Shown: positions 36,801-48,653 of the stretch, in pieces
How positions within the stretch are numbered: position 1 is the stretch's first letter
Layout of the letters: each line of letters starts with the position of its first letter
NCBI GenBank assembly: GCA_013239625.1
Contig: MU053629.1
Location: 716,676 to 780,675, forward strand
DNA length: 64,000 nucleotides
Direction of reading: 5' to 3'
Source: Lama guanicoe
Taxonomy: Eukaryota
Made by a program: the position numbers and the translations under genes
Notes under the pieces: generated by a model
What the model saw: only the letters and a program-made list of their open reading frames with translations
Told to the model about the DNA's origin: nothing
Database searches by the model: none

Positions 36801-37895
36801 AAAGGGAGAAAAGAGGATGGGAAGACAGCAGTATTATCATTTAAATAAAATGATGCATTTGGGGCTGCTACTCACTAGACTTTTGACCCTAGGGAAAGAA
36901 TGAATGGTGACCATCTTCCCAGAACTTTTACAGGAGTAGATGGGATTCTGACTTATGCAGATCTGCATTCTTGTGCATGGTAGTGCGGAAAAAAGGTCAG
37001 GAAACCAGGCTTGCAGTTTAGGGTGTGTTAATATAAATCCTTTTTACGAGACGGGTTTTCCACCAGGAGCACTGAGACCCCATTGCTGAAGTCACTCATT
37101 CCCATGACTTTCTCATCTCTTCCTGAACCACTCCCTGTGTTTGGAAATAACACTGGATGTGTTTTTACCAGAATTGCTTTCTAGATAGACTAGTTCCATG
37201 ACAAGTTCCACAAAGCAGAGTCTCTGATCAAACAGGTCTGGGAAACACTGTACTCCAGCCTCAGGTATAATGATGCTTGTTAGTCTAGCAAAGATTCTGA
37301 GAAGGCCTGTGGGAGAGAAATCTGCTTGGCTTTCCTGAACACAAACTTTTATTCTTTTCACACAATACCTATGAACTCATATCCCTCAGATCACACCATA
37401 TAAGCAGAAAATAAACATATGAAAGCCATTGAGTAATTAAGGACTCCAGCTTTAGCCTCAGGCACACCTGAGCCAGGCCCTGCTCCGCTAGCTGGGGCAC
37501 TTCAGGGAAGGGGACTCACATCTCTGAGCTTCAGCTCTCTCACTGGAGAAATGGGACATTGAAGAGGACGTGCTTCACAGTGTTGCCGTGACAATGGTGG
37601 GACCCTCCCCGTGGAGTGCTTACACCTGAGCCTGGTGCACTGTAGTGATGCAGTAGATACTTGCTATTAAGTCGGTGGCCAGAGGTCAGCTTATTTTCTT
37701 GGATCAACAGGGTCATTGGTCTCAAAAGCAAACCATGGCCCAGAGGCTGGTCCCCAGAGGTAAGAATGCTTTGTCCCAGGACACGGCTATGGCCCGCTGT
37801 AGCGGAGGCTGTGGGAGCCCGTGAGGCTCGCCGGGGAGGGGAGAGCAGTTTCCTAGACAGTTTCAGATCCACCCAGCTTGTTGCTTTCCTTCCAG

Positions 37896-38024
37896 ATCAT
37901 CGCTGCCCAGGAGGAAATGCTAAAGAAAGAGCGAGAACTAGAAGAAGCCAGGAAAAAACTGGCCCAGATCCGCCAACAGCAGTATAAGTTCCTGCCCACC
38001 GAGCTGAGGGAGGACGAAGGCTAA
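37896..38024 (+). CDS. TLN2: Talin-2 terminal coding exon (IIAAQEEMLKKERELEEARKKLAQIRQQQYKFLPTELREDEG*; dimerisation helix)
   Basis: Acceptor ttccag|ATC, stop TAA at 38022-38024. The C-terminus ELREDEG is talin-2 type rather than talin-1. Confidence 0.97.
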   Translation: MIAAQEEMLKKERELEEARKKLAQIRQQQYKFLPTELREDEG

Positions 38025-38915
38025 GGCCGGAGCCGAGACGGCACGCCCCAGGGGACGGCTCTGCGAGAGCCGGACAGAGGTGTCCCTCCTGCGGCCGGGC
38101 ACTGACCTGGGACTGCCTGCCTTCCCCCGGGTGAGCCCGGAGCCCCGAGCGCTCATCCTCACGCCTCTGTCCTGCCAGGCACCGGCTGCATGATCGTGAT
38201 GTCACACGGTACAGTGTCCCGCCCACAGCTCCTCCGCTGCCTCCCGCCGTGCCTCCCCGTATCTCAGGAGAGAGGGGCGTAGGTTTCACCAACTGTTACC
38301 AAAAAGGAGAAGTCAGTATTACGTCGTCCTCAGACACTCGTGCTTCTGCTAGTCCTCCTCTAGGCCTGCTCCCCGGCCTGTTGTGAAATCTTAATAGGAA
38401 AGAAAAACCAGCTCGGGGGAAAATCACTGATGCCATAGACACTCAAAGATACCCTTCTCCCTCCCAGGAGAAGATGGATGGTGGAGTTGGACACGGTTAA
38501 TAAAAGCCAGAGACATAAGCCAGTGTGGACTCCAGGAGGGCAACTCGGGCCCACCTGCCATGTCTCCAGCACTGGCTCACCCAGAGGGTGGAGAATTCCT
38601 GCTCCTTTTTGCACGCTTTCTTGCCTCAGTGTGTAAGCCCCTTGTACAATCTAGACCCAACTTGTATTCTGTGGCCCAGAAAATCGAATGATTATTTTTT
38701 TTTCCTCCATGATCCAAGGGCAGAGGTATGGGGGACTGTCAGGGCTGGGGGAGCAGGGGCTGTAATAAAATGTGTGGGCTCCTTACTCTGCGGAGGCTGC
38801 TTCAGTTCCTACAGATTCATCCGCACAAACCCACATCCCCCAGGCGACAGGCAGTACCTTACGCATGCAGAGTCGGGGTTCAGCTCAAATAAAGCAGTTC
38901 TTGGTGACTCTGTCT
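38025..38915 (+). other. TLN2: TLN2 3' UTR (proximal part; the true end may lie several kb further)
   Basis: Follows the stop codon; AATAAA hexamers at 38499, 38764 and 38888. The distal end cannot be determined from sequence. Confidence 0.7.
38888..38893 (+). terminator. Candidate polyadenylation signal AATAAA (alternatives at 38499-38504 and 38764-38769)
   Basis: AATAAA with upstream TGTA elements (~38643, ~38663) and downstream GT/T-rich sequence (gttcttggtgactctgtcttctgg). Confidence 0.45.
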
Positions 38916-41900
38916 TCTGGGTCCCACGTCAGCTTCTCTGCTCTCAAAATGGTCATAATTCAGGATTCTATTTAAAAATCTGTTACCTGTCCTACAACCT
39001 AAGATGGACGTTTTCTCTGTCTTAATAGCCCTAAAATCCAGATGTATTCTAAGACCATTATGAACCTTTAACAAGATAGTTTTGCTAATTAACACATCTT
39101 ATCAGTGAAGACACAGTATTTTCAGAGTCTACCTCCTGGATCCCACACTTGCAGAATTTTATATTATTTCCCCCGCCCTCCCCCTGCTTTCTCTTTTCTT
39201 TTCAGAGCCCTCTCCTCGGAAGGGCATTTTAAGATATTGAACTTACCATCGATCTGAGCCTTTACCCAAGAAAGTACATGAAGGGTGGATGACTTGTGGG
39301 ACAGAGCCTAATGCCAGGTAGCAGGTGTCTTTAAAAAAAACTCATCAGGGGAAGACAATGGTTATGGAGGTGTGTGGCTTTCAAAGCTGGTGACCGATGA
39401 AGGCTGTCATCCTCCGCTTCTCTGCAGCAATGGGGTATCACACCTCCTGTTGCATCACATTAGAGCTTGAAAATCCTACCTGGGGCAAACAATGCTTTGG
39501 TCCTCAAAAAAAGTATACCTGTAGGCCTTGCCCGGTGGTCTAGCCCATGCCGTGGTGTTAAAATAGAATTAAACTCTTGGCAGCTTCCCATATTTATAAA
39601 AGACTTATACTTGTAAGTGCCACACTTAGTAGAATGCTTTTCCCAGCCAAGTAGAAAGCTCCAGGAAATACAGTGGAAATGAGAAACAAGTGGAGAGGGC
39701 ATGTGGGGGGTTGAGGGTGTAAGCATTAGCTCTGATGAGAGGGAGCTGGCCGAGCCCTGGCATCTCTGGGAAGAGCCAATGAACTTCTGGCTCGCCCCCT
39801 TTGAGTGTGGGCAGTACAGCTCTTCATACTGTCCTGGGCTGCACCCCCTCGGACCTGAGGATTAAGGCTGAGGGCCCGCGGACTGGGGGCGCTCTCCAAG
39901 GGACACTTGCAGATGGGAATGGGGTGCTTTCTGAGGCTCAGTCAGACACAGGGGCTCAAGGTCAAGATGTGCCAATGGCCTCAGGTAGCAGGGCTGGGGG
40001 TCCCCTCCACGGCCACCCTCACCCCCTTTTCTTCCAGGCTGTGCAGTGGCTGCTCCCCTTCTCCTTCTCGTGCCCTGTCACAGCCTGGCATCCCAGGAGC
40101 CAGGCAGGGCAGGCAGTGAGCTCTCTGTCTCTGCCCGAGAGTCACTTAAAACCTCTGCCTCTGCTGCTTTTGGTACCAGAAAAACCTCCAGAGACAAGCC
40201 AGATAGAAAGGCCTGCCCTCTGCGACTTTAAAAGAACAGGTAAGGAGCAAAGTTGATTTTTGAAGGACCTGTGTAATTATCCTTCTGTCCGGTGCGTTCT
40301 GCTGCTGTGAGCTTCAGAGAAGTTGGTTCCCAGTCCCCACCTGGTGTGGTGCTGGTTTTCACCTGCCCCTTCCCTGGCCCCCGTGCGTCACATGTGTGAG
40401 TGGGCTCATGGTTGGCTTGTCTTTCCTCATGTCATACACTGGGGGGAGGCTGGGCTTTGGGTGTTGTTTAGTAGGTGTCCCTGCAGGTGTCCCCAGATGG
40501 CAGGGAGGGGACTTCTAGTTTTTCTTCAAAGGGTAATGGCACAGGTCTGAGCTGCATATTGGGGTGTGATTTCTCATTTCAGAGCATCTAATAAGAGGGT
40601 GGTTTCAAGGTAAAAATGGCCCGAGGCCTGGAGCACAGAAATGCCTGTCTGTGTGAAGGAGGTGCAGGTGTGTGGGTGTGTGTCCCATGAGAGGAACTGA
40701 CGGGAAACCTTGAGCTGATCTTTGTGCCCAGAAATTGTTGTCTCTAAACTTCAAGAAGGAACCTGAACTGGACTTGAGAACTGCCCGGCGATAAGGGAGG
40801 TTGAGCTTTGCTTGGTTCTGCCTTTCACAAAAAGTCTGGATAAGGATGCTGCAGCCATATTCTGTTGAACAACCAGCTCTTGCTTGAACTGCTCCGTCCG
40901 TTCAGGTGTGGGCCCGGTGATTAGGGCCAGCAGGTACCTTGAGTCCTGGGCGGCCCTCCGGTCAGGCAGTGCGGGCCCCCCAGGCCGCCTACGGGGGGTT
41001 GCATGACCTTGAAGGATGAGCTCCATGTGTCCTTCATCACAGAAAACCCCTCAGGGCTTCTCACAGGCTCTCCCTGCTTGCATTCTGGGTGTTTTACCAA
41101 CAGGTTTACAGGCAACCAAAGCGTATTCCTAATTTATCAAAATATTATAAACAGAATTCACCATCCCCCCAAAGAGTGAACCCCGCCACCAATGTGATCC
41201 TAAAGTCACAGCCCCACGAGGGAGCCAGGCAGCAGGGTGATGTGGGCAAGCCGTGGTCTCTGCTACCGGTGAGCCTCCTTCCCCTGGGCCATGGACCCCC
41301 AGACCTTCCCTGGCACTGAGGTTCTGGGCTCTGGCCAGGCCTCAGGATTCTGGCCTTCAGCCCCCAGCACAGACCATCCATGTGTGTGGCTCTCCGACCC
41401 CTGGAGGAAGTACCCCTCTGCTGCCCAAGGGAATGACCACCTCTGAGCGCCTGTGGGAGCCCGAGGACTGGGGGACGTTCGCTTCAGGCTCAGAGGCAGT
41501 AGAACTGAGAACCCTGAGATCCTGGGAGCTGTGCCCACTGCTCGGGGGTCACCTCTGCACAGCCTCCTCCAAGTGCTGGCCTCGGAACCCTCTCCCTTCT
41601 CCCTCCACAGGCTCCCCAAGTGCCACGTTTACAGGTCCCTGAGAAGGCTGCTCCATCCTTCTGAACATCTGCTTGGTGTGTTGTTTGTAGTCATTAGGAG
41701 CAGGCATGTGGCCAAGCTTCTGCTGTCTGATTGAAAAGAGACATTTTTCTGTCAGACAGGTTTGGCTATGGCCCTCTGAGCCCGCCTCCCAGCCCCCAGG
41801 AAGCATCTATGTGCGAGTCACTCCTCATTCCATGTGTGAGGCTCCTGGTCCAATGAAGCACGCGGCTGGGTTTCACTCGGCCGCCACCTCACCGAGCTGC

Positions 41901-44900
41901 AAAATCCAGAAGGAAACGGGAGAGTTAAGTTCTGTCCTGGGTCCTAATGTCTTTATTGATCCAGTCACAGAAATTTTTTTTTCTATTCACCAGAAATAGG
42001 CTTGTAGAGGAATGAACCTGTGTGAGAGCCTCGTGGGCATGGGAGGACCATGGCAGAGAGGAAGAGGAGGCTGTGTCTTCATCATGTGAGAAGTTCCACC
42101 TTGAGGCCCAGCCTCATAGTCACCAGATGTGGGTTAGAGGAGTGGAGGGGTGTGTGTGTGTGTGCACACGCATGTGTGAGAGAGACCGAGGTGAAGCGGC
42201 AGAAAACCACTAAATTCCATACAGCTTTGCTGACTCTGGAGAAAATTCAAATAAGAAATAGACTGTGAGTAGGAGAATGCAATTATTTTCATCTTAAAGA
42301 AGCAGGGTCCCAGACGGGGAGCCCAGGCTCTCTGACTGCTTGTCCTCTGATGGGAAGGTGGCTCAGCGACATGTGCAGTGCACGTGTTCCTCTGCGAGCC
42401 AGACTCGGGGCCCAGCCCCAGTCTGGGGGTTTACCTCCAGCGGCTGAGGCAGAAATGCAGCCTCCAGAGATGGTACCCTCTCCTTCCTGTGGGGAAGGGG
42501 CTGCAGATTGTCTTCCAGAGTCCTTGTTTGGGGGAACCAGACTCAGAAAAGTGTGAGGAATTTCTCATCTGTAAGAGGGTGATGCCAGAGGGTCACCATA
42601 GCAACAGAGGGAGTGTCACTGGTATGTCTGACAACGAAGAGGATTATTTTTCCTCTTAAAGTGGTGATTTAGAATCTCTAAGCCCATTAGTCACATTTTT
42701 CTATCTTTGACTTAAAAGTGGGGCTGGAACTGACCACCAGCAGTGCGCGGGTGGGAAGCTAAGGTGTGCCATCCAGGATGGGGTCAGGGGGCTCATGTTT
42801 AGGGATGGTGCGGCCTCTCTCTCCAGAGACTCTCAGACCTACTTTTAGAAAGAGAAGTTTGATTCAGTTAAGCTCAGAACTGAACGCTGAAGAAGTGCGT
42901 TCTGGGCTCTCTGAGAGGCGGGCTGTGTTGCGATCGTGACCTGGGTGTCGGGACAGCCCAGACTGAGAAGGGGCCCGAGTCAGGTCCCCAGTCCTGGGGT
43001 CCCGGCGCCCTGATATTAGAGTGGCGTTCAGGGGGAGCAGGAAGGGGGAGGCAGACTGGACTCCGCGGGCATGAGGGGAGATGGGAAGAGACTAAAAGAC
43101 ACTGTTCTTCCCTTCGAAGATCTTAGGCCTTCCCGGAGAACGCAGTCTCCGGCACAGGAAGCGAGAACCACGCACAGTGCCCACTGCTGGGCTGCAGGCT
43201 GGCAGGTGCAGGCTGGCAGGGAGGGCGCAGCGACCTGGGTGTGTTCTTGGGGAGGAGGCGGGCTAGAGTCAGCCTCACTTCATGGTAAGCAGTGGGGCTG
43301 GGGCCTGCTGCTGGGTGCAGGGAGAGTATTTGGGGCTTAGGGAGGGAGGCAGGAAGGAGCCAATGGAGAGGGTGGAACACAAAGAGGCTTGAAGCTGGAG
43401 GCATGAGTAGGGGCCGAGGTGTGCTCTGTGGAATCAGGGCTTCATCCAAAAGGAAGCAGGGGACAGGGAAGCAGAGGAGAGACCAGCAAACCTTGCAGGC
43501 TCTCTCTGCCTCCAGGCCGCGTTCTTTATGCCTGTGGACTCACTTGATGCACGGGATGCTCTGTTTGGCCACCACGATGCAACCTGACAGCCCCCTGCTC
43601 AGGTCTGCATCCTCGAGGGCCCCGTGTGTGCTGAGTAGATGGATCCCAGCAAAGCACTTCTGCCCCGTGGGCTGTTGCTGGACTCCAGGGAGGAAAGCCC
43701 TCAACACCCGTTTGCTGTCTTTCTTGTGAGGCCTCCTGGCCGGCGGTGACCACAGGGGGCAGTGTGGTTCCATGGGACGCTGACAGGACATTCCTGTTTT
43801 CCTGGAGGGCAGAGGGGTCATCTCAGAGGCAAATAAATTTAAGAATCATAGTATTTAAGTGAAACAAGTGAATATCTTAAGTCTCTATGAGATGTCTTAG
43901 AACCTGTAAGAAACACATGCACTGGAGATCTCCAAAGGAACGAATACGAATTTGCCCAATGTTTTTGGCCTTTGGCCCCTTTTTTTTTTTAATTCCAGTA
44001 GGTTTTGAGGGACAGATGTTCCAAGGATCATGCCTTGGGAAACCCTGTTCTAAAATCCTAGCGGAATTGTCCATCTCCCCTGCCCCCTTTGCACTCGCAG
44101 CACCCTGTCTAGTATTACTAGGTAATATTTCGTCTGTGCAGCAACCCCATCGAGGTCACAGCCAGGGATCACATCTTGCCACATGTTGCGTTCCCACCAC
44201 CTAAAACCAAGCTGTGGCTGTGTGAGATATTTAATGAAGATTGATCGCCAGAGTGATAAACATTAGAGCACACAGTTTGCAACCAGTGTTCATGGCCTGG
44301 GGATCCGCTGTCTTGGACTCTGGCTGATTTGAACTTGAATAGGCCAAAAAAAAATTAATTTAAAAAACAGTTTGTTTCCAGTTACCAGCCACCACAGCTG
44401 CCCCCTCCTCCTCTACCCCTTCACGTGACCCCGCCATCCACAGGGCAACCATGTTGCTGAAATAGTTTCTCTAGAAACTGCTTTCCTAGGCTTCCCTTCC
44501 TAAGACAGCTGCAAGGAAGCATGACTTGATCCTATGTGTCCTGAAACCTGGTAACGCTCACCATTGTTCAGCAAAATCCACGAGACGGGCTGTAGCCAGG
44601 AGGAGGCGGTTAACGAAATATTGAGAGGACCGCAGATGCTGTGAGCTGATTGCTATAAAATGGTGTTCCTGGCCCGAGTCCCCGTGGAATGTGAAGGCAA
44701 TCTGGAAGGAAAGGGGAAGGCTGAGCAGGGAGGTTTCTTTAATAAACCCAGAGATTCCTCCTGCAGCCAAAGGGCACCTGCAATTCGACTCCCCGATCCT
44801 TCCTCCTTCCCTTTTCTTGACTCATAAGGCAGCACAGGGAGGTGAAAAGAACACACATGGGGGCTTTGGACTTCAGATCGACGTGGCTTTGAACAAGTCA

Positions 44901-46519
44901 CTCCCTTCCGAGCCTGGAGGGTAGGGACGAGACACTGCACTTCACCCCCTAACGTCTGTTTCCCCTGCCCCCATGGAGCTGCAGCAGTATTTTGGGAGAG
45001 TTGACCTCAGGTCTAGGGCCCACCTAGACCGTTCCTCCTGGCGGTGATGGGTTCTGAGATGGGCTTACAACCTGATCTGGCCACAGAGCGGGGAGGAAGT
45101 GTCTGCTGGAGGCATCAGCCTTTCTCTCCCAACCGCGCTGAATGGAGAAGCCTCTTCTGACCAAGCAGAGCCAGCCTGGGCTGGAGCCTACCCAAGGACG
45201 GCAGAGCGAAGAGAGCCAACGAATCCGCATCTTTGGTGACGTTGATCAGCTTGTCTAACTCGAACTCTTCCAGACTTCCCAGCCCCTGACCACGTGCATT
45301 CCTGCCATGTTCAAGCCAGCCTGGGTTGCACTTGCTGCCCACACACTGTCACTGACCCCAGACAGCAGTCGCGTGGGAAAGGCCAGCCAGCATCTGGTCC
45401 CAGAGTGGGCATTCAGCAGAGCTTTCTTCCTTTTCCCTCACGCCTCCGTAAAGGCAGTCTTGAGAATGTGCACCAGGAAAATCCCATTTCCCCCACTTTG
45501 AAGAGTTAACCCAAGTGCTCTCCTGTGAGCCTGATACGGTGCCAGACTCATGGTAGGTCTTCAGTACACATTTGAATGACTCTTAACCTGGACAACACCC
45601 CTAGGCTGTGATGTTGGCCGTGCCTGGACTCCAGTTTATGGCTGGCTTGGTGGGGGCGGGAAAGGATACCGGATGTGCACGTAGGCATCGGAGGTCTCAG
45701 TCCTGTGTCTAGACTGGACTGAGCAGCTGGAACGCAGGTCCTCCCCTACTTCCTCCACCTCCAGTCTCCGTCCCTGCTCCTTAGACCTCTGCCACTGATA
45801 AGCTGGAGAAGTCTGTGGCCAGTCACCTACAAAGCGAGCCATCTGGGGAATGTCTGGTATGCAGGGTATGTGGTGTGGCAGTGGCTTTGTTTTTTCTGTT
45901 CACCACTTGGCAAGGAAATTCTTAACTATTTTGTCTGGAGGCATTAGCGTGGAGCTGAGGACCCCAGGATGGACGGGAGTGGGAGGGAGCAGGGCTGCCC
46001 TGCCCCTTCTCCTGCACCTGGACTGCAGGGTACCCTCCCTGACCTGGAGTATATTTCTCTCAGGCTCTGGCTTCTTCCTCTGGTTCCACCAACGGAAGTC
46101 TGGTTGAAATATAGAAGCAGGAGTCGCTGCAGGGGGAGGACAATTTCCATGGGGAGGGAATCACTGAAAGCTACAGGGGGAGAAAAAGACAGGGAGGAGG
46201 CTGTGCCATTTTACGACCCAGATGGGTGAACTTCATCTTCAGTGTCCAGCACCTTAGCTTTTCGCGGAGGGAGGGATCTGGCCTGGGAGTGATGCGATCC
46301 AGGTTCTGGTTCTAGCTGGATGATCTTGGGGATGTTCCTTGACTTCTTGGAACCTCTTTGTTGTCATGAGTTACAGGCCTTCTGCCGTGATTCCGACTGG
46401 CTCTGGGTGGTGAGCAGCCTTGATGTTTGACAGCTCCTGATATTTTGAGTATTTATGATATACTAGGAGCCCTGCCAGGTCATTTATGAGCATCCTCATT
46501 TTCTTCATCACAGCTAGCA

Positions 46520-46720
46520 TTACATGCTTATAATATGCCAGTCACAGTGCTAAGAACTTGATTTATATTAACTCATGTCACCCCCATAACTACCCTACAC
46601 AGTAGATACTAACCCCATTTTACAGATGAAGAAACTAAGGCACCATAAAGTGAAACTCTTTCCCAAAGTCCACACAGCTAGAAAACAGCAAATCCAAGAG
46701 GTGGGCCCAGGCAGCCTGGC
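46520..46720 (-). mobile_element. MIR SINE
   Basis: ccccattttacagatgaagaaactaaggcac...cccaaagtccacacagcta. Confidence 0.8.
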
Positions 46721-46929
46721 TCAGAATTGTATCCTCAGATCACCTCTCAGTAGGTTAATAAACCCAAAGACAGAAGACTCTTCAAACACCCAGAGTGACC
46801 CCTGCAGCCTGGGGGATCTGACATTGGAAGCCTCCATTTGTAACCATGAGGAGGGTGTCAAAATATAATTTTCAAGAAAGCTGAAAACATGACTCATACA
46901 AGTATATAGTGAACATGTGTCAAAGATTT

Positions 46930-47461
46930 TTTTTTAATTGAAATACAATTGATTTTACAATGTTGTGTTTCAGGTATACAGCTAAGTGATTCCTATATAT
47001 ATATGTGTGTGTATGTATATATATTCTTTTTCAGATTCTCTTCCATTATAGATTATTACAAGATATTGAATATAGTTCCCTGTGCTATACAGTAGATCCT
47101 TGTTGCATATTTTATGTATAGTAGTGTGTATCTGTTCATCCCAAACTCCTAATTTATCCCTCCTCTTTCCTTTTTGGTAACTAAGTTTGTTTTCTATGTC
47201 TGCATGTCTATCTGTTTTATAAATAAGTTTATTTGTATCATTTTTCAAGATTCCATATATGTGATATGTTATTTTTGTCTGACTGACTTCACCTAGTATG
47301 ACACTCTCCAGGTCCATCCATGTTGCTGCAAATGGCATGATTTCATTCTTTTTTATGGCTGAGGAGTATTCCACTGTATGTACAGACTGCATCTTCTTTA
47401 TCCAGTCATCTGTCAATGGACATTTAGGTTGCTTGCATGTCTTGGCTATAGTGAATAGTGG
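46930..47461 (-). mobile_element. 5'-truncated L1 (ORF2 C-terminus + 3' UTR + poly-A)
   Basis: ORF 46982..47524 contains LFTIAKTCKQPKCP...AIKKNEIMPFAATWMDLE (L1 ORF2 end); TSD gtgtcaaagattt at 46917-46929 and 47464-47476. Confidence 0.93.
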
Positions 47462-48161
47462 ACGTGTCAAAGATTTATTGAACTCGTTAATGAAGGATCC
47501 AGCAGAATGGGGAGATTCATTCAAAAAGAAGAATATTAATCATTGCTGGGAGAATGCTGGGATGTGATTGCTAAATTGATTATCTTATAAGGCCACAACA
47601 CTGTAACGTTTGGGCCCCTCCATTAGACAAGAATCTTTTGCATCACTCTTGCTCTCCTACAATTTCACATCTCCTTGGAGGAATCCAGTGCCCCAATCAC
47701 TAATAAATACAAGGTTAAAACAAAGGCATATATCCTTAGGAAGCTCGATGAGCCTTCAGTGGGCCTCTACACAGTGGTTCGCTTTCCTAACTCCAAGTTT
47801 CGGATGCTTTTTCTAAACCACAGCACTGAGCTGATGACTCCCCAAGGCTGTTGTAACCTAGAAGAGTGTGATATTTAAGATTAGGAGACCATCAAGTTCA
47901 TCGAGTTGGCGCCCTGCTGCTCTGTGTGCGTATGAAAATCTCTGTGCTCCCTGAGCCATAGTTTCATCATCTATAAAGTTTTTTTTTTTCAGTTAGGATA
48001 ACAATACCCTCTCTTCAACCTCACAGAAATTTTGTGAGGATCCACTAAGAGTGAATATGTCAATGGGTGAATGATTCAATCACTGTTCTGGCTTTTGCTG
48101 TAAGAGGGGCCAGCTACTGGGCTCAGCCCCGGATGTTAAGGGAGGCCTTGATGAAAAGCAG

Positions 48162-48207
48162 GCTACAATGCAAAGCCCTCAGCTACATTGCAAAGCCCTC
48201 AGCCACA
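48162..48207. repeat. 20-bp tandem duplication (gctacaWtgcaaagccctca x2.3)
   Basis: Two copies with one mismatch plus a partial third. Confidence 0.9.
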
Positions 48208-48439
48208 CGTGATGCTCTGGCAAACATGGCTGCGTCCAAATGAGCGTGGGCCATCTTCAAGCCGAGCCAGCAAGACAAGGATTGCCAGAGACTTTGAGGA
48301 CCTCGGTCACATTAAAGGATTCAGAACCACTGTGAAGGCCATTTGTGACAACGAAGCTTTGGAGGGACACCTTGATCCCGAGTCATCTCCTGGCCACCCC
48401 AGTGTGAGCTTGCAAGCAGGCCCGTGTCACCGTCTTAAC

Positions 48440-48653
48440 CAGGGCTTGGCAAACTTTCCCTGCAAAGGGCCAGATGGTGGATATTTTAGGCTTGGCTGGC
48501 CCCGCGTAGCATCTGTTGTTGCATTCTCTTTGTTTTTATTTTTGTGTTTTTCAACCTTTTAAAAATGTAAAGGCCATTCTTGGGCTTCCTGACTGGACAA
48601 AATTAAGCAGCAGGCTGAATGTGTCCCATGGGCTACAGATTGGCAAAACCCTC
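48440..48653. mobile_element. hAT-Charlie MITE, MER58-like
   Basis: cagggcttggcaaactttccctgcaaagggccagat...aatattttaggctt-like start and a degenerate inverted end. Confidence 0.75.

Noticed and set aside
46982..47524. 180-aa ORF
   Set aside because: L1 ORF2 tail plus 3' UTR read-through in a 5'-truncated copy; not a host gene.
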